DNA from: Gemmatimonadaceae bacterium
GTDB lineage: Bacteria > Gemmatimonadota > Gemmatimonadetes > Gemmatimonadales > Gemmatimonadaceae
Direction: 5' to 3'
Assembly: GCA_045803545.1 (NCBI GenBank)
Contig: JBJMOW010000005.1
Coordinates: forward strand, 704,001 to 768,000
Length of the DNA stretch: 64,000 bases
Under the pieces are notes generated by a model. It was not told where the DNA came from. It saw only the letters and a program-made list of their open reading frames with translations, and did no database searches. Each line of letters opens with the position of its first letter. Position 1 is the first letter of the stretch. The translations under genes and the position numbers were made by a program. Shown here one piece after another: positions 56,684-64,000 of the stretch.

Positions 56684-57063
56684 GCGCCCAGGAAAAAGAC
56701 TGGAATCCATTGAAAAATGATTTCGATGATCGCGAGCGATGCGGTGAACATTCCCACCAACGCCATAAATCGCGTCCGCGGCATCACACCGCCTTCCGTC
56801 ATCGGAAAGTCGCCGGCGCGGTCATACCACCTGCGCCCATCCAGCCACGCGCCGATGGCGATGGCGAGAAAGAGCGCAGACGTCACGTGCAGCCACACCC
56901 GATTGCCGCTCACGCATGCGCGATCGACGAGTGGATAGTTGATCCACACCATGAGCATGCCCGCCATCGGTCCGCCGAAGAAACCAAACCAGAGCCAGCG
57001 CGTGACTTTCGGCCGCGCCAGATCCTCTCGCTCCCGTTGCTCCGTGACGATGCTTTCGCTCAT
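56668..57063 (-). CDS. Small 3-TM membrane protein in the oxidase operon
   Basis: ATGA-coupled to subunit III; LWFGFFGGP, NYPLV..AC, RTRFMA. Confidence 0.75.
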   Translation of the reverse strand: MSESIVTEQREREDLARPKVTRWLWFGFFGGPMAGMLMVWINYPLVDRACVSGNRVWLHVTSALFLAIAIGAWLDGRRWYDRAGDFPMTEGGVMPRTRFMALVGMFTASLAIIEIIFQWIPVFFLGACIGT

Positions 57064-57668
57064 ATGAACCTCACCGAAACAAACACCACCAGCCAGAGAG
57101 CGACCCAAGACCCGACGACGAAGTACCAGTACACCGCCATTACCGTGGTGTCAGTGTAGTGCTTCTTCTCGACTGGCCCGATGAACATCACCAGTGCAAT
57201 CAGCAGCGTCTCAAGTGAGCCCGCGATCAAGTGGGCCAGGTGAGTGACGAGTATCATCCATGTGATCGATCCGTAAGCGTTCGAGTCATAGCGAGTATGC
57301 AGCCCGCGCAGCTCAAACGCGCGTAACACGATGGCGGCAAGCCCGAACGCAATCACCAGCATTAGCCAGCGACCGATTTCCTGCGGCTGCCTGTGCTCAA
57401 ACGCGAGTCTGGCCGCGTACCACATTGGAACGACACTCACGAGCTGCAGAAGGACGTTGATCGTTGAAACGCCCATGTCGGGGAGGTAAGTCCGCTCTGG
57501 CGGCCAGGTGTTGAAGTTCCGCCGGATGTAGTAGTACGCGACAACCATCAGAGCGAACGCTGCACCCTCGATCAGGATCATCAGCAGGTTGCCCCACCAG
57601 ATCGGTGCGCGAATGCTGAAGGAGTGATCGTCCAGCATTGCCACGTCGAGAATTGCTCGCCGTCTCAT
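57060..57668 (-). CDS. ctaE: Cytochrome c oxidase subunit III (short form)
   Basis: WWGNLLMILIEG, SNAYGSITW, H.AH, YWYFV; ATG 57668 overlaps the subunit I stop. Confidence 0.88.
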   Translation of the reverse strand: MRRRAILDVAMLDDHSFSIRAPIWWGNLLMILIEGAAFALMVVAYYYIRRNFNTWPPERTYLPDMGVSTINVLLQLVSVVPMWYAARLAFEHRQPQEIGRWLMLVIAFGLAAIVLRAFELRGLHTRYDSNAYGSITWMILVTHLAHLIAGSLETLLIALVMFIGPVEKKHYTDTTVMAVYWYFVVGSWVALWLVVFVSVRFI

Positions 57669-59626
57669 ACCGGCTCCCTCGCCACTGGCGTGTCGTGGTC
57701 CGGTGAAATCGTCGGCCAGAACCAGCACGCAAGGATGATGAACGCAAGGACACCACCGACCGTCACGCCCCACGGCGTGAAGATGGCAACCGCGATCCAG
57801 CCGCCGGCTACAAATGCCAGCAGCAGTGGAAGAATCGTCTCTTTCTTGAACTCGTAACGGTGCTCCGGAATCGCATCCATGATGCTGGTGACCAAACCCT
57901 CGTGCCTGTCGGTTCTCAAGCCAGTCACGACCGATAGCTCGCCGTGGGGAGCGTCCCAAAGCGGGTCGCGTCCCTCGACCACAGGAATGAAGAGGTGGTT
58001 GTATCCCGGTGGTGGCGACGTCGTTGCCCACTCGAGCGTCGGCGCGTTCCACGGATTGTCACCCGCAGGCGCTCCGTTCCGGAGAGATCTGAACACGTTC
58101 GTAAGAAAAACGACAACGCTCGCCACGATGAACACGGCGCCGATGCTCGAGAGCAGGTTTAGCGGTCCCCATCCCATTTCCGGCAAATAGGTGTAGACAC
58201 GCCGCGGCATCCCCATCAAACCGAGAATGTGCATCGGAAAGAACGTCACGTTCATGCCGATGAAGAACAGCCAGAAATTCCATTTGCCGAGCCGCTCGCT
58301 GAGCATCCTTCCAGTCACCTTGGGGAACCAGAGGTAGAACCCGGCCCACAGCGGGAAAACGGCGCCTCCCAGCAGCACGTAGTGGAAGTGTGCGACGATG
58401 AAGAACGTGTCGTGGACCTGAAGATCGTACGGCACGGCGGCGATCATAACGCCGGTAAGTCCACCGATGATGAACAGGAAGAAGAAGCCGATCACGAACA
58501 TGAACGACGCGGTGAAGCGTGGCCGCCCCGACCAGATCGTCGCGATCCAGCAGAATATCTGTACACCCGACGGTATCGAGATCGCCGAGCTCGCCGCAGT
58601 GAAAAAGCTTTGCCCCAGCTGCGGCAGCGGCGTCGCGAACATGTGGTGCACCCACAATCCGAATCCGAGGAAGGCGGTGCTCACCAGCGAAAGCAGCATC
58701 GCCGGGTAGCCGAAGATGCGCCGCTGGGTGAACGCTTCAACAACTGATGACACCATTCCCAGAGCGGGAATGAAGATGATGTAGACTTCGGGATGGCCGA
58801 AGAACCAGAACAGGTGTTGCCAGAGCAGTGCGTCACCGCCCTCGGCCGGATTGAAGAAATGCGTGTCGATGAGACGGTCAGTCGCCAACATTGAGCTCGA
58901 CACGACGATCGCGGGCAGCGCAAAGATGATCATGAATGCCGTGATCAACTGAGCCCAGACGAAAAGCGGAATCCGATTCAGCGACATGCCGGGCGCGCGA
59001 AGCTTGAAGATCGTGGTCACGATCTCAACAGCGCCGATTAGAGCCGCGATCTCCGTGAAGGTGATCATCTGGGCCCAGATGTCCATTCGCTTGCCCGGAC
59101 TGTAAGCGGGACCGGCGAGCGGCACGTAGGCGAACCAGCCGGCGTCGGGACCAGTGTTCAGGAAGAACGCACCGTACAGCAGTAGCCCACCGCCCAGATA
59201 CATCCAATAGCCGAGCGCATTCAATCGCGGGAATGCAACGTTCCGCGTACCGATCATCAGCGGCACGAGATAAAGCCCGACGGCCTCCATCACCGGCACG
59301 GCGAACAGAAACATCATCGTGCTGCCGTGCATCGTGAAGATCTGATTGTACAGATCGGGTCCGATGAAGCGGTTCTCGGGGCGCGAGAGCTGAGCGCGCA
59401 TCATCCCCGCTTCGAGACCGCCGAGGATGAAGAAAATGATCGCGGTGACGAGGTAGCGCTTGGCGATCGACTTGTGATTCGTCGATGTCAGCCAGCCGTA
59501 GAACCCGGAGTTTTCCTTCCATGTCGCCGAAAGATTGGCGCGTACATCGGTCTCGACCTCGGCGGTGATGAATGGCGGCGGTTCGGGAACATCGTCACGC
59601 ATCGGCACCGGCTGACTGTACGCCAT
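57665..59626 (-). CDS. ctaD: Cytochrome c oxidase subunit I, type A1
   Basis: TNHK, TMHG, WFFGHPEVY, WVHHMF, HDTFFIVAHFHY, GMPRR; ATG 59626 in TAATG overlap. Confidence 0.96.
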   Translation of the reverse strand: MAYSQPVPMRDDVPEPPPFITAEVETDVRANLSATWKENSGFYGWLTSTNHKSIAKRYLVTAIIFFILGGLEAGMMRAQLSRPENRFIGPDLYNQIFTMHGSTMMFLFAVPVMEAVGLYLVPLMIGTRNVAFPRLNALGYWMYLGGGLLLYGAFFLNTGPDAGWFAYVPLAGPAYSPGKRMDIWAQMITFTEIAALIGAVEIVTTIFKLRAPGMSLNRIPLFVWAQLITAFMIIFALPAIVVSSSMLATDRLIDTHFFNPAEGGDALLWQHLFWFFGHPEVYIIFIPALGMVSSVVEAFTQRRIFGYPAMLLSLVSTAFLGFGLWVHHMFATPLPQLGQSFFTAASSAISIPSGVQIFCWIATIWSGRPRFTASFMFVIGFFFLFIIGGLTGVMIAAVPYDLQVHDTFFIVAHFHYVLLGGAVFPLWAGFYLWFPKVTGRMLSERLGKWNFWLFFIGMNVTFFPMHILGLMGMPRRVYTYLPEMGWGPLNLLSSIGAVFIVASVVVFLTNVFRSLRNGAPAGDNPWNAPTLEWATTSPPPGYNHLFIPVVEGRDPLWDAPHGELSVVTGLRTDRHEGLVTSIMDAIPEHRYEFKKETILPLLLAFVAGGWIAVAIFTPWGVTVGGVLAFIILACWFWPTISPDHDTPVAREPV

Positions 59627-60675
59627 TACTTGAGACTCCCGAGGTATGCGAGCAGCGCCTGCAGCGCCTGCGGATCCAGTTGCGTAGGCGGCATCTTCAC
59701 ACCGGGCTTGATTGACTGCGGATCGAGAATCCATCCGGCGAGATTGCCGGTCGTGAGCGGGAGGGTGCCGGCCGCGATCGTCCGCCGGCTGGCGAGATGG
59801 GTGAGATCGGGTCCGATGTTGCCACCCGCGCCAGTACCGCCAATCGTGTGACACATCGCGCAGGGCCCGCTCAAAAAAACACGCTCACCGGTCTGTGTCA
59901 GCGAGTCGGTCGGCTTCGGTGCCGGCCCCCGCTGTTGATCGAGCCAGTGCTCGAAATCGATACGCGGCTCGGCGACGATGTAGAACGCCATCTTCGCGTG
60001 CTGATAGCCGCAGAACTCGGCGCATTGCCCACGGTAAACGCCGGCCGTGTCGGCTCGGAACCAGGTGATGGTCTCATGTCCTGGAATGAGATCTTTTTTT
60101 CCAGAAAGATTCGGCGCCCAGAAGCTGTGGATGACATCTGTCGATCTCATCTTCAGCAGCACCGAACGGCCAACTGGAACATGGATCTCGTTCGCTGTCT
60201 TCACCTGGTTTTGCGGAACAGGGTCGTCGTAATTGACTTCCCACCACCACTGGTGCCCGACGATATCAATCCGTAACGGCTTGTCCCCGCGAATTGTCGC
60301 CACCGCACTACCAGTGGATACGCTCAGCACAAGAGACGCGAGGAGAATGATGGCGGTGGCGCTGGCCCCGATGATGACGCCCCGCTTCATCACCGCCGCT
60401 TGATCCGGATTCTCGTGATACTGATGCTCGTCGATGAAGGGCCCGCGCGTCGACGCGCGCCACAGCGCGTAGACGAGCGCGCTGATGACGACGATGTAGA
60501 CGACGGTCGCGATGCTCGTCAGCGTCCAGTGGAGCCTCGCGACGTCAGCCGCTCTCGGGCCTTTCGGATCGAGTACTGACTGAAATCCGGAGCAGGCGAC
60601 CAGTGCCCACGGAAGAACACACAACGCAAATCGTGCTGCCGGCTTCAGCTGCACGCGACTGCGCGTAGCCATCAT
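59626..60675 (-). CDS. ctaC: Cytochrome c oxidase subunit II with fused cytochrome c (caa3 type), lipoprotein
   Basis: Lipobox LVAC, GHQWWW, DVIHSFW, CAEFCGYQHAKM (CuA), CAMCH, GPDLTH. Confidence 0.95.
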   Translation of the reverse strand: MMATRSRVQLKPAARFALCVLPWALVACSGFQSVLDPKGPRAADVARLHWTLTSIATVVYIVVISALVYALWRASTRGPFIDEHQYHENPDQAAVMKRGVIIGASATAIILLASLVLSVSTGSAVATIRGDKPLRIDIVGHQWWWEVNYDDPVPQNQVKTANEIHVPVGRSVLLKMRSTDVIHSFWAPNLSGKKDLIPGHETITWFRADTAGVYRGQCAEFCGYQHAKMAFYIVAEPRIDFEHWLDQQRGPAPKPTDSLTQTGERVFLSGPCAMCHTIGGTGAGGNIGPDLTHLASRRTIAAGTLPLTTGNLAGWILDPQSIKPGVKMPPTQLDPQALQALLAYLGSLK

Positions 60676-61229
60676 TGTTTGACTGACGTCGGCGGGACGA
60701 AGGTTGGGGATGGATGACCCTTGTCGCGCGCCTGTTCCGATTCCTTGTACATCATATGATCGTCGCGTGTAGTGCGCACGGCCTTACCCTGCAAGCCGCC
60801 GAGTGCCCGCACGTAAGCCGCCAACTGCCAAACCTGATAGTTGGGGATTTTGCCGCGGAACGAGGGCATGCCGTTGGGGCGACCTTCGACGATAGTGGAG
60901 AAAATGTTTTGCGGATCGCTACCATAGATCCACTCGTCGTCGGTCAACGGCGGGCCAATCCCCCCGCCGCCGTGTGAATGGCATCCCGAGCAGTTCATCT
61001 GATCGAACAACCGCTTCCCCTCCGCGACGGCGTACGCGTTGTCTTCGTACGGATTTCTCATTCCGGTCTCGACCACGGCTGGTCCCGGCTGCAACGTGCT
61101 CATTACGATCGTGTTCGACGCGGTCGCTGACGGTGGAGTTTCCCTGAAGCGGCGCTGCTCACGCTTGCAGGCAGTCAGCGTGATGCCTGCAATGATCACA
61201 ACGCCCATCCGTGCGGAGATCTTGATCAC
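60672..61229 (-). CDS. xoxG: c-type cytochrome, XoxG/MxaG-like, lipoprotein
   Basis: Lipobox LTAC; NPY..EGKRLF..NCSGCH..GPPLTDDEWIYG; position after xoxJ. Confidence 0.8.
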   Translation of the reverse strand: MIKISARMGVVIIAGITLTACKREQRRFRETPPSATASNTIVMSTLQPGPAVVETGMRNPYEDNAYAVAEGKRLFDQMNCSGCHSHGGGGIGPPLTDDEWIYGSDPQNIFSTIVEGRPNGMPSFRGKIPNYQVWQLAAYVRALGGLQGKAVRTTRDDHMMYKESEQARDKGHPSPTFVPPTSVKQ

Positions 61230-62071
61230 GTTGAGGAATCCTCTCGGTCGATATCGACCCGCGGGACCGCATAGTCAGTGAGAATGCGGTCGATGTCCGA
61301 TCTCCGTCGCTCGATAATCCCATTCAGCTGCTCCCGCAGCGCGTCATTGCCGCGGCGAACACCCATCGAGATGTCGAACACGAATGGCAGGAAAGGAAGA
61401 TCGATTTGCGGCGACACCGGCCGCACGTCGAGTTGCACTGGCTCTCGCTGCGCGAAGTAACCGGCCAACGGACCCCAGGCGACGGCGACGTCGACATCTC
61501 CATTCGCTACTGCGTCGATGATCCGGGCGGGCGGATTCGGTCGGCGATAATCCGAGTAGACGCTGTAGCCTTTGACGTTATTGATGATTCCGCGATTGGA
61601 GAGCGCGTGAGCCGGCGGTGTGTTTATCCCATCATCTCCGATCAGCTGCACACCAACGCGCAGCTTCTTTAGCTGCGGATCGTCGAACGACGAAATTCTG
61701 AGCTGGCGATCGCGCCGGGTGACGAACACGTACGTCGACCTGTAGTAGGGTATGGTAGGCCGAGTGCGCTCGAAGCTCGCTGGCACTCCGATCAACAAGT
61801 CACATCGATTCTGATTGATGGTGTTGCGGACGAACCCACGATGTTGCGCCCACCAGACGTAACTCAGCTTCGCCCCCATGTCGCGCGCGACAAGCTCGGC
61901 GATGCGGTTCTCGAATCCCTGCTGTTTGTCGTTGGAGAACGGCAAGTTGTTGGGGTCTGCGCAAACTCTTAGTTGGCCAACGCTCGAGTTGTCCGCTGGA
62001 CCGTAAGCAGATACGAGCGTCGCCATGATCGAGGCGAGCAGCACTGCGGCAACCGCTTTCGGTGTGCGCAT
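61226..62071 (-). CDS. xoxJ: XoxJ/MxaJ-like periplasmic binding protein
   Basis: LRVCADPNNLPFS, GFENRIA, PYYRSTYVFV, AWGPLAGYF, ISMGVR; start 62071 or 62092. Confidence 0.88.
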   Translation of the reverse strand: MRTPKAVAAVLLASIMATLVSAYGPADNSSVGQLRVCADPNNLPFSNDKQQGFENRIAELVARDMGAKLSYVWWAQHRGFVRNTINQNRCDLLIGVPASFERTRPTIPYYRSTYVFVTRRDRQLRISSFDDPQLKKLRVGVQLIGDDGINTPPAHALSNRGIINNVKGYSVYSDYRRPNPPARIIDAVANGDVDVAVAWGPLAGYFAQREPVQLDVRPVSPQIDLPFLPFVFDISMGVRRGNDALREQLNGIIERRRSDIDRILTDYAVPRVDIDREDSST

Positions 62072-62072
62072 T

Positions 62073-63950
62073 TTACCGAAGCGAGAAGACATACAGTGTA
62101 CCGCCCTTATTGGTGGCGCTTGGCAGGTCCGCCATCACGTTGGTGAAGCCAAGCGCGGCTGAGGAGTCGCGCGGATCGATTCCGCCGGCGACGATCGCTC
62201 CTGACCAACCTCCCACCCCCGACAGAATCGCGATGTATTGCGTGCCGTCCGGGCCGCGATAAGAAATCGGTTGGCCGATAATGCCGGAGCCGGTCTTGAA
62301 CTTCCAAAGCTCCTGACCCGACTTCGCGTCGATCGCCTTGAACCAGCCTTCCATCGTTCCGTAGAACACGACGTTGCCGGCTGTGGCGAGTGCTCCGCTC
62401 CACACCGGGAAATTCTCGTTGATGCGCCAGACGAGCTTCCGCGCGACTGGATCCCACGCGTCGAAGAATCCACGATTGCCGCCTGGCCCGGGCGTCATCT
62501 TGACGTTCATCCCGACGAACGGCGTGCCCGCGATGTAGTTCGCTTCCACCGACTCGGCGTCCTGACAGAGATTCTGGTGCGGGATATAAATGAGTCCGGT
62601 AACAGGCGAGAATGCCGACGGCTGCCAGTCTTTTGCGCCTGGCGATGCAGGACAGGCGTTGCGAACGACCTCTCCGATGTGCGGATCTTTTTCCTCGTTC
62701 GGCTCCAGCCGACCCGACGAGAGATTGACACCCTTCGAGGTATTGATGTATCCGAACGGATCGGCTGAGAGTACCTGACCATTCGTACGGTCTATCATGT
62801 AGACATAACCGTTACGGTCAGGATGAATGAGCACTTTCCGGGTCTGACCATTTACTGGCATGTCGAGGAGAATGTTCTCGTTGACGCCGTCGTAGTCGTG
62901 AAGATCGTGGGGCGTCATCTGATACGCCCACACCGCTTCGCCGTTGTCGGGATCGCGCGCAAAAATGGTCGACGCCCACTTGTTGTCGCCGGGGCGCTGA
63001 TCAGGATTCCATGGGCCGGGATTGGCGGTGCCGTAGTAGATCAGATTGAGGTCAGGATCGTAGGAGATCCAACCCCACGCCCCTGCTCCGCCGATTTTCC
63101 AGGTGTCGCCGGGCCAGGACTGCACGCCGAGATTCGGTTTTCGGTCCGCGGCATAGAACGGCTTGAAGCGTGATCCGATCAACACGGCCGAATCCGGGCC
63201 CGTGTGATATGCGCGCCAGGCGATTTTCCCGGTCGCGAGATCGAGTGCGGTCACCCAGCCGCGAATTCCGAATTCGCCACCGCTGTTGCCGATGATCACT
63301 TTGTTTTTCACGATCAGCGGCGCCATGGTGAGGCTCTCGCCTAGGTTGATCTCACCGACCTTGGTGCGCCACAGCTCCGCGCCAGAGTTGGCATCCACTG
63401 CAACGGTCTGATTGTCGAGCGTGTTGTAGACAATCTTGCCGTCAGCGTACGACGCGCCGCGATTGACGACGTCGCAGCACGCCACGCCTTGAGCTGCTGC
63501 GAGGGTTCGCGGCTTGTACACCCACTTCATTGGGGCGCCGGGTTTCGTCAGATCGAGCGCGTACAAATAATTCGGGAACGGCGTCACGATATACATCGTG
63601 TTGTTCACGACCAGCGGCGCCGCTTCCTGACCGCGGAGAATGCCTGTCTCGAAAGTCCACGCGAGATGCAGGTTCTTGACGTTGTCGGTGTTTATCTCAT
63701 TGAGACCGCTGAAGCGGGTGCTCGCATAGTTCTTGGCGGGCATCATCCACTGCCCGTCTTCAGTCTGCTGTGCGGGTGCACCGCCGTTTGTGCGACCGGC
63801 GGCCGGCGTCTGGACCGGAGCTGCAGGTGCGTGGCCCGTTTCGTTGGGAGTCTTTGTACTCGAGCACGCTGCGAGCATGGCGATTACCGCCGCGCATTCC
63901 AGGGCGCTACGTCCCGAGCTCAATTTGGCGAGCATACGGCCTCGCGACAT
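62073..63950 (-). CDS. xoxF: PQQ-dependent methanol/alcohol dehydrogenase, lanthanide-type (XoxF), lipoprotein
   Basis: ACCDVVNRG, GGEFG, GTANPGPWN, HDYDGVNE (D-x-D), SGVGGW; lipobox LAAC; GAGGAGG before ATG 63950 (alternatives 63935, 63998); no mxaI gene follows. Confidence 0.9.
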   Translation of the reverse strand: MSRGRMLAKLSSGRSALECAAVIAMLAACSSTKTPNETGHAPAAPVQTPAAGRTNGGAPAQQTEDGQWMMPAKNYASTRFSGLNEINTDNVKNLHLAWTFETGILRGQEAAPLVVNNTMYIVTPFPNYLYALDLTKPGAPMKWVYKPRTLAAAQGVACCDVVNRGASYADGKIVYNTLDNQTVAVDANSGAELWRTKVGEINLGESLTMAPLIVKNKVIIGNSGGEFGIRGWVTALDLATGKIAWRAYHTGPDSAVLIGSRFKPFYAADRKPNLGVQSWPGDTWKIGGAGAWGWISYDPDLNLIYYGTANPGPWNPDQRPGDNKWASTIFARDPDNGEAVWAYQMTPHDLHDYDGVNENILLDMPVNGQTRKVLIHPDRNGYVYMIDRTNGQVLSADPFGYINTSKGVNLSSGRLEPNEEKDPHIGEVVRNACPASPGAKDWQPSAFSPVTGLIYIPHQNLCQDAESVEANYIAGTPFVGMNVKMTPGPGGNRGFFDAWDPVARKLVWRINENFPVWSGALATAGNVVFYGTMEGWFKAIDAKSGQELWKFKTGSGIIGQPISYRGPDGTQYIAILSGVGGWSGAIVAGGIDPRDSSAALGFTNVMADLPSATNKGGTLYVFSLR

Positions 63951-64000
63951 TGGCCTCCTCATGAAGCGTCGCTGATGGCGCATTACAATTGCATTCATCG

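Noticed and set aside
57669..59854. Track N-terminal extensions of ctaE (58052) and ctaD (59854), likewise 1919, 4440, 4706, 9732, 20471 and 31211
   Set aside because: They overlap neighbouring genes; coupled or RBS/-10-supported downstream starts fit better.
62073..63950. Calcium-dependent MxaF
   Set aside because: Has D-x-D rather than D-x-A, and no mxaI or mxaACKL genes are in the window.

Overview
GC-rich, gene-dense bacterial chromosomal window with about 58 CDS and one tRNA-Lys(UUU). I found no transposase, integrase, phage genes or CRISPR array. The hypothetical-protein families and gene style suggest a soil Gemmatimonadota-like organism (inference only). From left to right the window holds: hexuronate catabolism (uxuA truncated by the window edge, kdgK, an SDR); a PQQ/sorbosone-type dehydrogenase; a PAS-PAS-GGDEF cyclase; sodC; a mycobacterial Sdh1-like succinate dehydrogenase operon with an extra coupled gene; a Spy/CpxP chaperone; a membrane protein-wHTH-uppS operon with a clear operator and promoter; pfpI, holB, moaC, a CDF transporter and a large BNR/Vps10 propeller protein; GntR-SPFH; csoR-copA; a D,D-dipeptidase, an MFS transporter, a PLP decarboxylase and a LAL regulator; an orphan BcsA with two PilZ domains; a signalling-rich block (two divergent histidine-kinase derivatives lacking ATPase domains, HEAT-like + HD-GYP + type IV pilin, tRNA-Lys abutting marR, two complete kinases); a YncD/PqqU-like TonB receptor and an FNT channel; and a tightly coupled operon joining a lanthanide-type (D-x-D) XoxF lipoprotein, XoxJ, XoxG, caa3 oxidase subunits II/I/III and a CtaG-cytochrome c fusion. 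The most interesting candidates are the XoxF-to-oxidase module with its adjacent putative PQQ importer, the ATPase-less kinase pair, the HEAT/HD-GYP/pilin cassette, the tRNA-marR junction and two long intergenic hairpins built from short repeats. All calls come from motif reading; no database searches were run.
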